DNA of 64,000 nucleotides from a virus. Of this stretch, positions 29,409 through 39,585 are shown one piece after another. The notes below the pieces were generated by a model. That model ran no database searches. It was given only the letters and a program-made list of their open reading frames with translations, and had not been told where the DNA came from. How positions within the stretch are numbered: position 1 is the first letter of the stretch; each line of letters opens with the position of its first letter. The stretch lies in IMG/VR virus record IMGVR_UViG_3300044691_000566, positions 1-64,000 of that record, one strand, 5' to 3'. The translations under genes and the position numbers were made by a program.

Positions 29409-29804
29409 GTGACCGACACTCAGTACGAGGAACTCCTCGCCACCCGCCGTGCGTTCATCAACCTGGCCGAGGCCATCCGCACATCTGCGGAGGACCCGAA
29501 GGACTTCCGCACCATCCTGCGGGCGCTGGCCAATCTGCATGTCGACGAGCCGTTGCGGCACAGCCTGGTGGAGACCTACATCTACGTCGCCGACGACGAC
29601 CGTGAGGTCGTCGCGGAGAAGCTGGCCCTCCTGCTGGACGGGCAGCAGAAGTTCGACACCGCCCGCTTCATGCACCACGCGACCTCCGACCTGGACACGG
29701 AGGAGGGCAAGGGGTCATACAACCGGCTCTTCCAGATCCAGCCGCAGAAGATCACGATCGAGGGCATCGACCCTGACGGCGGGTCCACCGAGACCGTCTA
29801 CTGA
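29409..29804 (+). CDS. hypothetical protein
   Basis: GGAGG RBS. Confidence 0.65.
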   Translation: MTDTQYEELLATRRAFINLAEAIRTSAEDPKDFRTILRALANLHVDEPLRHSLVETYIYVADDDREVVAEKLALLLDGQQKFDTARFMHHATSDLDTEEGKGSYNRLFQIQPQKITIEGIDPDGGSTETVY

Positions 29805-29892
29805 TCAACTCCGGCTTCCCTGACCGCATCCCGGCCCGTACCTTGTGGTACGGGCCTGCTGCGTTGTGGGCCCCTGGGCGCTGGGAGACGAC

Positions 29893-30099
29893 ATGGAGAT
29901 ACCCAAGCTGGTATGGCCGCAGAGGACATGCCGGGATGCGGTGTGGGGCCAGTACCAGGCGCACAACTGTGAGCTGGCAGATCTTCACGAGGGGCCGTGC
30001 GCCTCCCAGTCGGTCTTCGCCTCCCTTCAGCGCCGTGAGGCGTGGGAGAAGGCCCGGCTGGACGCCCAGCAGGCGAAGCGAGAGGAACTGCGCGCATGA
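29893..30099 (+). CDS. small Cys/His protein
   Basis: C...C....H.G.C. Confidence 0.55.
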   Translation: MEIPKLVWPQRTCRDAVWGQYQAHNCELADLHEGPCASQSVFASLQRREAWEKARLDAQQAKREELRA

Positions 30100-30467
30100 C
30101 CACCCCTTTGGGCCACCAGGTGCCCGTACAGGCCACCAGCGGGGCCACCCACGACACCAGCACGGAATCCCCGGCGTTCGTCCCGGGGTTCATGACCCAC
30201 GGCGCCCCCATCGCCGACCCGGGAGTGGCCCTGCGGAACCCGCACGCCGCTGAGGTCAACAGGCTCAACACCTTCCTGATGACCCGTTTCCCGGCCGAGA
30301 TGAGCCGCACCCGGGCGGCGTCCCGGGAGACCCCGGTGGACGTGGCGATCCGGCTGTTGCAGGGTCTGGGGTCGACCGGTGCGGGGCCTCGGTGCGGTGA
30401 GGAGTACTGCAATCTGCCCGCCCTGCACGATGGTGACCACGGCTTCGTCACCTACCAGGCGCGGTAA
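30096..30467 (+). CDS. hypothetical protein
   Basis: ATGA coupling; C-terminal C...C....H.G.H. Confidence 0.6.
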   Translation: MTTPLGHQVPVQATSGATHDTSTESPAFVPGFMTHGAPIADPGVALRNPHAAEVNRLNTFLMTRFPAEMSRTRAASRETPVDVAIRLLQGLGSTGAGPRCGEEYCNLPALHDGDHGFVTYQAR

Positions 30468-30556
30468 GGAGATCCACACCCCGACCGCTTGACGCCCCAA
30501 CAATCCTTGGAGTAACCTCGGGAGGGTCCCGCCAGAGACTCTCATCGGAGGCACCC

Positions 30557-30922
30557 ATGACCGCTATGTATGGACTCCCGAACAGCCTGCTCGATCCCAT
30601 CAGGGACGGTGTGCAGCTCGCCGTGAGCAAAGTCCACCCGGACGACGGCGACCACAACGGCCGCTCGCTCTACGAGCTGTGCTGGGAGTGGGAGCGGGAG
30701 TGCCGGGTCAGCGCCCGGCACGAGGAGCGGCTCACGAGCGCCGACGCCGCCTCGTTGCTCACCGTCATGGAGCTGGCCATCGGGTACCTCGCCCACAACG
30801 ACTACGCCAAGGGCGACAACATATTCGACTTCTCGGGGGATGCCGCGTTCGCCCTGCACTCGGAGGAGATCGTGCTCACGCTCAAGGACATCGTGCACAA
30901 CGCCGTCCTGGCCACCGCGTGA
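30557..30922 (+). CDS. hypothetical protein
   Basis: Cassette-led. Confidence 0.65.
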   Translation: MTAMYGLPNSLLDPIRDGVQLAVSKVHPDDGDHNGRSLYELCWEWERECRVSARHEERLTSADAASLLTVMELAIGYLAHNDYAKGDNIFDFSGDAAFALHSEEIVLTLKDIVHNAVLATA

Positions 30923-31173
30923 CGGGTTGGTACCGCGCCCGGCGCAAGAGCCGTGCGGCGCGCAAGAACCAGAAGGCCCTGGACCGCCTGCACGGCCACG
31001 GTGCGGTATCCCGGCGGAGGGGCGGAGGGGGAGGATCCTCCGGCGACTGGGGCGACGTCCTGGGTGACGTCTTCAGCGGCCTGATCGAAGCGCTTTTCAA
31101 AATCTTCGACTGACCCTTGACGCCTCAACGATCCGGAACATCTCCTGGCGTTCGCCGAGAAGAGGATGATCGC

Positions 31174-31899
31174 ATGATCACTGCCATACCCAAGGCCCGG
31201 TCCCGGCCCGGCCGGACCCCGGGCGCACAGAGGGTCAAGACCCTGCGGGATCTGGGCACCTGCACCAACGTGAAGATGGAGTCCCTGGTCAAGGGGAACT
31301 TGCTCTTACTGTCCGGCTTCGTCTACGTCGTCCTGAGCCCCGAGGAGGACCGGAACGGCAAGGACAGTCTGGTCCTGCGGGAGCTGGAGCACGACACCCT
31401 GCGCAGTCTGCGGTACGACCCGGCCGCGTGGGTGACTCAGCTCCAGGTCTCCCCCCAGGTCGTGGAGCACGAAGGCCAGTGGGTCATCCAGAACGGGGAC
31501 ATCGTCCTGTACCCCGGGGCCACCCCGGGACAAGGCGTCGCCGTCGTACGGCACCCGCGCGGATGGATCCGTACCGCCGCCCCCTGGATGCCGTCCTCCG
31601 ACGCCGAAGTAGTCCTCCACGTCACGGAGGGCCGGGCGAAGGTGGTCCGCAGCGCTCTGCGGCGCCCCTGGATCCCGCCGTCGCCGCCCTACGGCACCGG
31701 CTGTGTCGTCGCCTGCCGGGACATCAAGCTCCCCGAGCCCACGGTCTGGATCCGCAGCGGTGACGACTACTGGATCAGCAGCACCCGGGCCACCGCGTCC
31801 GACAGCATGATCAACTACGAGATCCAGCGGGGCACCTACCACGTGGCGTGGACCCCTGAGGAAATTCGGAAGGACAACGACGATGCCCAGACGAGTTGA
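31174..31899 (+). CDS. hypothetical protein
   Basis: ORF with codon bias. Confidence 0.6.
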   Translation: MITAIPKARSRPGRTPGAQRVKTLRDLGTCTNVKMESLVKGNLLLLSGFVYVVLSPEEDRNGKDSLVLRELEHDTLRSLRYDPAAWVTQLQVSPQVVEHEGQWVIQNGDIVLYPGATPGQGVAVVRHPRGWIRTAAPWMPSSDAEVVLHVTEGRAKVVRSALRRPWIPPSPPYGTGCVVACRDIKLPEPTVWIRSGDDYWISSTRATASDSMINYEIQRGTYHVAWTPEEIRKDNDDAQTS

Positions 31900-32260
31900 C
31901 CCCGAGCTGTACCACGACACCCCTGTTTTCCGGGGGCTGCTCCGCGACCGCAAGGGCCGGTTCCCCGGTACCCCCGAGGGTGAGATGGATCTGCCGGAGA
32001 TACCCCTGTGGGTGACGGATATGCCGACTCTGGCGCCGGAGGACGCCCCCACGGTCATCCAGGCCGCATACCGGGTTCAGCCGCTGCCCGGTCTCCCCAA
32101 TGCCCTCTTGGGGTTGCCGGAGGACCTCTCGCCGATCCTGGACCGCGACCCGCCGGAGCGTGCGCGGCCGTATGCCAAGGAGTTCCTCGCGCAGGACCCG
32201 CAGGAGACGCAGCCCATGATGCTGCCCCCGCTGCCCGAGGACCACCCCTCGGCGTTGTAG
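31883..32260 (+). CDS. Pro-rich hypothetical protein
   Basis: AAGGA RBS. Confidence 0.5.
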   Translation: MPRRVDPELYHDTPVFRGLLRDRKGRFPGTPEGEMDLPEIPLWVTDMPTLAPEDAPTVIQAAYRVQPLPGLPNALLGLPEDLSPILDRDPPERARPYAKEFLAQDPQETQPMMLPPLPEDHPSAL

Positions 32261-32311
32261 TACACCTCTGATACGATCATCACCCCCGCCAGAGATCCCG
32301 AGGAGTCGCCC

Positions 32312-33160
32312 ATGACCTCGATCCTGTTCCACTTCGACGACGGGGAGACCTGTCAGGTCTCCGGCCCCGAAAGAGCCCACTTCGCCATCCTGGCGGAGCA
32401 GTTCTCCAAGGGGATCATCGGATTGGTGCCGACCTACTTCCCGTCGTCCAGGCTGCACGAGCACCTCGGCCCGTTCCTCAACCCGGAGAACAGGCTCGCC
32501 CAGCAGACCCCGGGGACCCCGGAATGGGACTCCGTCCTCGGCGGCACGCTGAACACCATGGGCTTCCGGAACGGTCCTCCCCCCTTCGCCTGGAAGGGGA
32601 AGGAGATCGGCACTCTATCCCTGATCTGCAACACCGTACTGGCCGCCGGGTCGGACCCCATGCGGCTCGCCGTGAAGATCCAGTTCACCTGCGAGCACCA
32701 CGGCTACGTCATGGGCTTCCACCGTAAGTGGCTGGCCGACCTCATCGACGAGGGCATGGAGGAGGGCATCTACCGCAAGACCATGGGCTGGCCGGACCTG
32801 GTCGCCAAGCTACGGTCGGGACGCTCCGGCCCCGTGGTGATGTCGTTCTCCGGTAGCGACCCTTTCCCGGACAGTGACATCGGGTCCTGGATGCCGCCAT
32901 GGCCTGAGGGCGTTCCCCGGAACCGGGACGAGTTGACCGAGGAGCAGCAGAAGGAGCGGGGGAGCCGTTCGCAGGAGTGGTACGACCAGTCCTTCGACAA
33001 ACAGTGGGCCATCTCGGTCAGGGGCCTGAAGGCCCAGACGTGGAACAAGCCGATCGACCCCACCACGTTGCGGGCGTACCGCTTCACCCACGAGATCTCC
33101 CTGCTCGACCTGTACAACCAGGACTTCGAGCGGGTGGAGAAGGGCCTGGCGCAGCAATGA
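32312..33160 (+). CDS. hypothetical protein
   Basis: GAGGAG RBS. Confidence 0.7.
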   Translation: MTSILFHFDDGETCQVSGPERAHFAILAEQFSKGIIGLVPTYFPSSRLHEHLGPFLNPENRLAQQTPGTPEWDSVLGGTLNTMGFRNGPPPFAWKGKEIGTLSLICNTVLAAGSDPMRLAVKIQFTCEHHGYVMGFHRKWLADLIDEGMEEGIYRKTMGWPDLVAKLRSGRSGPVVMSFSGSDPFPDSDIGSWMPPWPEGVPRNRDELTEEQQKERGSRSQEWYDQSFDKQWAISVRGLKAQTWNKPIDPTTLRAYRFTHEISLLDLYNQDFERVEKGLAQQ

Positions 33161-33540
33161 GCGAGATCGCCGAGGAGTACCAGAAGTACCAGGTGAACGT
33201 GATGGCCTATTCCTTCCCGTACATCGACACGGAGTACGAGTACCGCGATCTCAGGGTGGAGCGCCGGGGACGGCTCAGTGAAGACCGCTGGGCCATCGTG
33301 GACATGGGGTCCTGCTACCAGCCCAGGGGCCGTCGCTGGGCGTACGAACGCAGCAACTCCGGCCGGACCGACAAGTTCATGAGGGCCAGCCGGATGCCCT
33401 TGGAGCAGGCCCTGCCGCTGGCCGAGCGGCTCGCCAAGAGCAAGGCCAAGTACTGGCAGGAGCGTCTTGCCCGCATGATCCTGCGCCAGGAGGCCCAGGA
33501 GGCCGCCAGAGCCGCCGAGAAAGCCCGGGAGGGCGCATGA
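33157..33540 (+). CDS. hypothetical protein
   Basis: ATGA coupling; RWAI....CY....W.YE motif. Confidence 0.65.
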   Translation: MSEIAEEYQKYQVNVMAYSFPYIDTEYEYRDLRVERRGRLSEDRWAIVDMGSCYQPRGRRWAYERSNSGRTDKFMRASRMPLEQALPLAERLAKSKAKYWQERLARMILRQEAQEAARAAEKAREGA

Positions 33541-34235
33541 GGACCATCTTGCAGGGCATCGTCGGATCGACCGCCTACGGGCTGCACACGCCCGCCTCGG
33601 ACATCGACCGCATGGGGGTGTTCGTCGTCCCCACGCCGGAAGTGGTCGGCCTGGGCCGACCGAGGGAATCGGTCGTCACCACCAAGCCGGACATCACCCA
33701 GCACGAGATCAAGAAGTTCCTCCGGCTCGTGCTCAACGGCAACCCCTCGGTCAACGAGCTGCTGTGGTTGGAGGACTACGAAGTCGTCAGCTACGAGTGG
33801 GGCGCCGGTCTGCTCGCGCTGCGCCAGTCCTTCCTGTCGGCCAGACGCGTCAGGGACGCCTACCTCGGGTATGCCACCCAGCAGTTCAGGGACCTGGAGC
33901 GGCGCGACGGCACGTTCGGGCCGGATCTGCGGAAGCGGACGGAGAAGCACGCCCGGCATCTGCGGCGGCTGGTGGACCAGGGCTATGACCTGTACACCAC
34001 GGGTACGCTCCTGATCCGGGTGCAGGACCCCGAGGCCGTCCACGAGTTCGGCCGCCAGGTGGCCGCTGAGGTCCAGCGCGAGGACCCCGACCAGCGCTTC
34101 CGTACGGCCACCGCGTTCATGGAGGAGGCCAAGACGCGGTTCGACCTCGCCACGACGGTGCTCCCCGAGCACCCGGACACCGACCGTGTCAACCGCTGGC
34201 TCGTCCAGCTCCGCAAGGCCCACTGGGAGATCTGA
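33537..34235 (+). CDS. Pol-beta superfamily nucleotidyltransferase (RlaP/YcgL-like)
   Basis: GSTAYGL.TP.SDID.MGVF, HE..KF, GNP..ELL, YLGYA, KH..H..RL. Confidence 0.88.
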   Translation: MRTILQGIVGSTAYGLHTPASDIDRMGVFVVPTPEVVGLGRPRESVVTTKPDITQHEIKKFLRLVLNGNPSVNELLWLEDYEVVSYEWGAGLLALRQSFLSARRVRDAYLGYATQQFRDLERRDGTFGPDLRKRTEKHARHLRRLVDQGYDLYTTGTLLIRVQDPEAVHEFGRQVAAEVQREDPDQRFRTATAFMEEAKTRFDLATTVLPEHPDTDRVNRWLVQLRKAHWEI

Positions 34236-34490
34236 ATGGAACGCTACAGTTTCCGGCTGGTGCTCGACCGACCGATGACGCAGGCGGATGAGGACACTTT
34301 TGATCATTCGCCTCACTTCACCGACGGCAAGGTATCCCTGCTGATGTCGGAGGCTGGGCAGCCCACCGTGCTCGAATGTGACGACGTCCTTGCCGTCAGC
34401 AAGAACGCAGCCATGACCGACGTGATCCGGCGTATTGGTCTGATCAACAACCTGCGGGTGACCGAATGTCTGCCTGCGGAGGAGATTTAA
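34236..34490 (+). CDS. hypothetical protein
   Basis: Abuts NTase stop. Confidence 0.5.
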   Translation: MERYSFRLVLDRPMTQADEDTFDHSPHFTDGKVSLLMSEAGQPTVLECDDVLAVSKNAAMTDVIRRIGLINNLRVTECLPAEEI

Positions 34491-34739
34491 GTGCCCGAGC
34501 GTCCGACGGCCAGCACCATAACCGACGACCAGTTGGACGCTCTGTGGGACTGCCTGGACCAGGTCGATGCCCTCCACCGCGAGGCGCCCCTGTACAGCGA
34601 CCTGGGACCGCCGGACCCCTCCGGTTACTGCGTCTGCGGCGAATCGGGCCCCTGCACCACCATGAAGATCATTTCCCGCCAGAGATCGATAGCCCTGGAG
34701 TCCCCATACCTACCGGAGACCGCAGACCGAGAAGACTGA
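34491..34739 (+). CDS. small Cys protein
   Basis: TASTITDDQLDAL; LH...C.CG..PC.T. Confidence 0.55.
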   Translation: MPERPTASTITDDQLDALWDCLDQVDALHREAPLYSDLGPPDPSGYCVCGESGPCTTMKIISRQRSIALESPYLPETADRED

Positions 34740-35030
34740 CCGACCTGGAGATCAAAGTCCTGCGTGCCCTGCGCCAGTACCACGTGAACAGGTTCGGCGC
34801 CGGGGCGGTGAACGACCGCTACCTGGCCTCCCTGGCCCAGGTGGCGGTCGACACCCTGACCACCGGCTCGTTCAACGACCGCCGCCGGGTCACCGACCGG
34901 ATACAGCACTACGCCGACCCCGGCTGCACCCCGGACAGCCTCCGCAAGCTCGCCCGACACATCGAGGGCTCGTTCCATACGATGCCCAACGGCTGGGTGA
35001 GCGCCGATCCCCAGAAAGGACGGATCGCCG

Positions 35031-35585
35031 ATGAGTGAGCCGCCGACCCCGAAGAAGCCGATCACCTGGCCTGAGGTCCCCTGCGACGGGGAGTCGATGA
35101 GCCGGATGACCAGGGAGATGTTCGACAAGCGCGGCGGTCTGTACCCGGTCGTTCAGGAGAATCGCGAGGATCGCTGGCGGACCCTGGTGCTGGCCTACGA
35201 GGCCAACCCCGACTTCTACAATGCCTGGCGCTGGATCAACGAGCACCCGTTGTTCTACCGGTTCAACCGCGAGATCCACGAGCGCGGCCTCATGGAGAAC
35301 CGGGCCGTCGTGGACGGCGGCATGGGCGGCATCGAGATCATTCCCGTCATGGTCAACCCGGCCGATGACACACATTCTCAGGACCCCCGGCTGAACACCA
35401 AGCTGGCGTTCTGGGTGGAGGTCTTCCCCAGGGCCTGGGAGATCGAGCCTGCCAAATCCCTGCACGCGTACGAGCAGGACACCGGGGGCGACACGTACGA
35501 GGAGGCCATCGTCAACGTCGCGGCCGGGATCTACGAGTACTACGGCAATGACCGGGCCCGCCTGGACGAGGAGTGGAAGCAGTGA
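35031..35585 (+). CDS. hypothetical protein
   Basis: AAAGGA RBS. Confidence 0.65.
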   Translation: MSEPPTPKKPITWPEVPCDGESMSRMTREMFDKRGGLYPVVQENREDRWRTLVLAYEANPDFYNAWRWINEHPLFYRFNREIHERGLMENRAVVDGGMGGIEIIPVMVNPADDTHSQDPRLNTKLAFWVEVFPRAWEIEPAKSLHAYEQDTGGDTYEEAIVNVAAGIYEYYGNDRARLDEEWKQ

Positions 35586-35765
35586 ACGTGTCCCTGGACG
35601 ATTTCCAGCCCGTCGAGCCCCTGGTGGGCAAGACCCTGGTCCTGGAGACCACCAGGACCTATCCCTGCGGGAGTGGCCTGGGGACCATGCCGAAGCGGTC
35701 TATCACCCGCAGGGGCACACGGTGACCGAGACCGTGGAGTACAAGGTCGTCGAGGTGAAGCCGTG

Positions 35766-36059
35766 ATGCACCGCAGGCCCCACGAGATCGAGCTGACCCT
35801 GCCGTACGGCGTGCTGGTGAGCGCCCTGTCCCAGTTGGAGAAGATGGAGCTTCTCGGCTTGATCGAGGACGTGGAGGATCAGATCTGCGACTGGGACCTG
35901 ATCGTGCGGCTCAAGAAATGGGTCGACCGGCGGCACAGGCAACTGGCCAAGGAGCGGGCCGAAGAGGAGTCCCGGCGGACGCGCTGCTGTGTCCAGTCGA
36001 CCGAGTATTCCGACCTCAGGGTTCACGCCAGCCCGCACGTGAATTGCATCCTGCGGTGA
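35766..36059 (+). CDS. hypothetical protein
   Basis: TGATG coupling. Confidence 0.55.
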   Translation: MHRRPHEIELTLPYGVLVSALSQLEKMELLGLIEDVEDQICDWDLIVRLKKWVDRRHRQLAKERAEEESRRTRCCVQSTEYSDLRVHASPHVNCILR

Positions 36060-36271
36060 AGATACCCATCGAGAAGCACCTCATCGCCCGGTTCACCCAG
36101 CCGATCGAGACCCTGGAGTGGCTGCGGCAGCGGGGATACCGAGGGGTGGCCACGCTCGTGCCGGGGATCTCGGGCGGAGGGCTGATATTCAGCAAGAAGA
36201 ACGAACCGGCCTACCTGGCCAATGTGGGGGACACATTGATATGGGACGGCGAGAAGGTCGTCATCCAGTAG
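36056..36271 (+). CDS. hypothetical protein
   Basis: GTGA coupling. Confidence 0.5.
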   Translation: MKIPIEKHLIARFTQPIETLEWLRQRGYRGVATLVPGISGGGLIFSKKNEPAYLANVGDTLIWDGEKVVIQ

Positions 36272-36283
36272 TCGAGGAGCACA

Positions 36284-36823
36284 GTGTCGTCGAGCAATCT
36301 CAGTTTCCGTACCCCTGCCGAACTGATGGGCAAGTTCCGGATCCGGGACATCAAGGGCGTGAAAAACCCGGGCGCCATCGCCAAGCGGGACGTCGAGCGC
36401 TGGTACTCGATGCTGGACGCGTGCCGGAAGCAAGTGCGGCTCCAACCCGCCGAGGCCGTGGTGATGATCTATGCCGCCAACTGGTGGCTCAGCGCCATGA
36501 GCGGGGAGTCGCTCTTGGCGCTGCCCCAGCAGTTGCGCCGGGATCTGAGGATGGACCCCTTCTACCGCGACGCCCAGGACTCGCTGGGCGAGCTGGTCAC
36601 GGAGTGGCCCCTGGGGACGCGTGCGGCCATATGGGACGCCGCTGAGCGCTACGACGTCCTGGCCCACCACCACCCCGACACCACCTTCGGGGCCGCCCTG
36701 CACCAGGTGGGCCTGCACTCCTACAGGCTGGCGCCCGAGGAGCTGGCCGTGGTGGAGACCCTCTCCGCCGTAGAGGCCGACAATTTGCCTGCCGCCTATA
36801 TGCAGGCCGTAAACGAAAGGTGA
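36284..36823 (+). CDS. hypothetical protein
   Basis: GAGGAG RBS. Confidence 0.65.
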   Translation: MSSSNLSFRTPAELMGKFRIRDIKGVKNPGAIAKRDVERWYSMLDACRKQVRLQPAEAVVMIYAANWWLSAMSGESLLALPQQLRRDLRMDPFYRDAQDSLGELVTEWPLGTRAAIWDAAERYDVLAHHHPDTTFGAALHQVGLHSYRLAPEELAVVETLSAVEADNLPAAYMQAVNER

Positions 36824-36829
36824 TCCACC

Positions 36830-37573
36830 ATGGCGTTTGAAACAGAGGTCTACGACCAGTTGCACGGGGAGGGCTATCCGGAGTACAAAGACCATCTTCG
36901 GTCCCTTTACCAAGGTTACGGCGGACGGGAGCAGCGCCTGAGCACCTATGTCTCATCCACCTCCTCCCCCGTCACGAAGCAGTATTACTTCCAGCTTGCC
37001 CTCATGGGCTACCCGGCGAACGCCCAGCAGATTTCTATGGATCTGGAGATCCCGGCAGACCGCGTTATGGACAACGTGCTGGTACGTATCTATCGGGAGG
37101 TGCAGGAGCAGTTCACCTTCAGACTGAGCCCGTACGGGCCGCAGACGATTGAGCACGTGGTCCACTATGAGGTGCTGGTGAGGCTTAGGCAGCGCCTGCT
37201 GGGTGCGGTGAGAGTATCTGTACCCGAGGAGTACGAGGGGGTCGCCGAGGGGAACTTCTCCATGGCGAGCTGCAACAACCTCATCTTCAAGAGGTACCTC
37301 CAGGGCGTCCTGGAGAAGAACACCATGATCGTGGTCTCGCCCGCCCGGCCGGATGAGGCATTGCTGCGCATGGGAGGGCCGTGGACGTTCGGTGCCGACC
37401 CTTCTCGTGCCGACGGCTACGTTTCGAAGCTCATCGGGCGCGCTCCGTCCGAGAAGGGTTCGCAGCTCCAGGACGTGGCCCAGCGCAGCCCGCTGAGCGC
37501 CCAGGACGTGGCGACCAGGAGGCCGACTGCCGCCCGAGAGGTCTTCGAGGGTGCCACGGAGCTGGACCTGTGA
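36830..37573 (+). CDS. hypothetical protein with visibly lower GC3
   Basis: ORF containing many T/A-ending codons. Confidence 0.6.
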   Translation: MAFETEVYDQLHGEGYPEYKDHLRSLYQGYGGREQRLSTYVSSTSSPVTKQYYFQLALMGYPANAQQISMDLEIPADRVMDNVLVRIYREVQEQFTFRLSPYGPQTIEHVVHYEVLVRLRQRLLGAVRVSVPEEYEGVAEGNFSMASCNNLIFKRYLQGVLEKNTMIVVSPARPDEALLRMGGPWTFGADPSRADGYVSKLIGRAPSEKGSQLQDVAQRSPLSAQDVATRRPTAAREVFEGATELDL

Positions 37574-37897
37574 GCGAAGAGCTGGAGGGCTTCTTCGACC
37601 TGGAGGACGACGACGTCCCGATCCGCTGGTTCGACGCGGCGTACGAGTCGGAGTGCCCCGGCTGCGGGGCGACGATCTTCCCCGGGGATCGGGCCGGGTA
37701 CGTCGGCCACGACGACCAGGCCAGTTGTGCGGGGTGCTGTCTCCAGGCGTCGTAGCTGGCGTACAGTGCTGTCGAGAGTTGGACGAGGAAGAGGCCCCAG
37801 GATTTTAAAATCCTGGGGCTTCCCGTCTTACCGCTCCAAGGATCCTTGGTGTAGAGTCGAGATGTCCCGCCAGCGACACCGACTCCACGGAGGCACC

Positions 37898-38197
37898 ATG
37901 AAGCACCAGGTCGCCCGATACGAGGCCCACCGTCCCGCAGGGATGGAGACGAACGACTTCATACTCCTCTTGATGAGCCCCGAAGAGCGCGAGATCTACA
38001 CCGAAGCCATGGTCCGCGCCGGTACCAGCGGCCCCATCCTGGTCAACGGCAAGATCGTCCTCATCTCCGGAGTCCGCATGGACGAGATCTTCCGGGTGGC
38101 CAAGGACAAGGGCGGGCGCCCTTGCTATGAGGACGAGGAGACCGGCTACGTCCACGTGGGCCACTTCGTCTTCGTTCCGGCCCCTGAGGAGAGCTGA
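37898..38197 (+). CDS. hypothetical protein
   Basis: Cassette-led; shares HRP and DE.TG.V..G.F motifs with next gene. Confidence 0.65.
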   Translation: MKHQVARYEAHRPAGMETNDFILLLMSPEEREIYTEAMVRAGTSGPILVNGKIVLISGVRMDEIFRVAKDKGGRPCYEDEETGYVHVGHFVFVPAPEES

Positions 38198-38487
38198 TGC
38201 GCTTCCAGCACGTCGTCTACGAGATACACAGGCCCGTCCACCGGCAGATGCCCCAGGCCATGGACGAACTGAGCCCTTACCAGGCCAAACTCTATGTGCA
38301 GGCCAAGGACCGTGCGGTGACGGGCGGTCCGCTCATGGTGGACGGCCGAGTGGCCACGGTGATGCAGGGGGACCTGGACCGCATCATGCGCGGCGTGTTC
38401 CGGAGTCATATCCAGCCGTGCTGGAAGGACGAGGCCACGGGCCACGTCTACGCGGGGGCCTTCATCTACGTACCGCGAAGGGGTTGA
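38197..38487 (+). CDS. hypothetical protein, tandem paralog of 37898
   Basis: TGATG coupling; stop inside next -35 box. Confidence 0.65.
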   Translation: MRFQHVVYEIHRPVHRQMPQAMDELSPYQAKLYVQAKDRAVTGGPLMVDGRVATVMQGDLDRIMRGVFRSHIQPCWKDEATGHVYAGAFIYVPRRG

Positions 38488-38553
38488 CTCTCCAACAATC
38501 CTTGGAGTAATGTTGACCACGTCAAGGCGACACCGACTCCCCTGGAGGGTCAC

Positions 38554-39474
38554 ATGACCGAAGCCAAGAAGATCTCCGCCCCCGTCATCTCCCGCATCCT
38601 CAACAACGCGGGCCTCAAGAGGGCCCTCACCGGGACGAACTCCTGGAGCAGAGGCTTCGCGGTCACCGACTTCGGCCGCTACGTGAAGGTCGCCTACACC
38701 GCCGTCAACACGGAGCAGGCGGTCGAGATCCTCGGCGAGATCGCTGAAATCATCAACAACCGGGCCGACAAGAAGTACTTCGCCACGCTGGTCCGCGAGA
38801 CCTACGGCTTCGAAGTCCAGGTCGTCGCCCACGACGAGACGGACCCCGAGCAGAACGAGGCCCGCAGGGCCATCGAGCTGGAGAAGCTGGCCGCCCTCCA
38901 CCCGGCCGCGCCGGAGATCAAGGACGTCCGCAAGGCGCTCCTCGGCTACGGCGGCAGCGAGTTCGTGCCGAACCAGGTCTCGGGCTTCCACATCGAGCGC
39001 AAGTCCGACGACACCCGGCTGGTGCGCGTCACCTGGCGCGAGACCTCCTTCACCTCCTACGGGAAGAACAACACCCCGGAGGAGAAGGAGAGCATCATCC
39101 ACGACACCCTGGAGAACTTCGGTCACCGGCTGGTGAAGGCGGGCTTCGACGTTCAGGTGGACTACGACGACGACTGGTGCCTGATCGTGGGCATGCCGGG
39201 GGAGTTCACCCCGGTCGAGGAGGAGACCCCGGAGGAGGTCCGCGAGGCCCTGCTGAAGCTGCGGGAGGCCGTGGAGGACGACGACTCGCTCTACAGCACC
39301 CGCCGGGCCGGGGACTACTCGGTCTTCGTCCGCAGGGGCATCCAGCGCCTGGAGGTCTTCTACGGCCAGGGCGAGTACCGCTCCAAGGGGTTTCTGGGCC
39401 GGGGGGAGACCGTCCGCTTCACCAAGCTGGACGCGAAGCTCCTGAACTTCATCCGGGACGAACTGATCGGCTGA
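38554..39474 (+). CDS. hypothetical protein
   Basis: Cassette-led; N-terminus (ISR.L...G.KR) resembles 41310. Confidence 0.7.
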   Translation: MTEAKKISAPVISRILNNAGLKRALTGTNSWSRGFAVTDFGRYVKVAYTAVNTEQAVEILGEIAEIINNRADKKYFATLVRETYGFEVQVVAHDETDPEQNEARRAIELEKLAALHPAAPEIKDVRKALLGYGGSEFVPNQVSGFHIERKSDDTRLVRVTWRETSFTSYGKNNTPEEKESIIHDTLENFGHRLVKAGFDVQVDYDDDWCLIVGMPGEFTPVEEETPEEVREALLKLREAVEDDDSLYSTRRAGDYSVFVRRGIQRLEVFYGQGEYRSKGFLGRGETVRFTKLDAKLLNFIRDELIG

Positions 39475-39585
39475 CCCGAACCATTTCGGCCGCCCTCTTC
39501 GGAGGGCGGCCCTGGGGTTGCACTCCAACAATCCTTGTAGTAATGTCTTCTTTGTCAGCAGGAATCGACTCCCCAGGAGGCCACT

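Noticed and set aside
37794-37819. Protelomerase (hairpin telomere) site
   Set aside because: The palindrome is short, its core recurs many times, and no protelomerase gene is in the window
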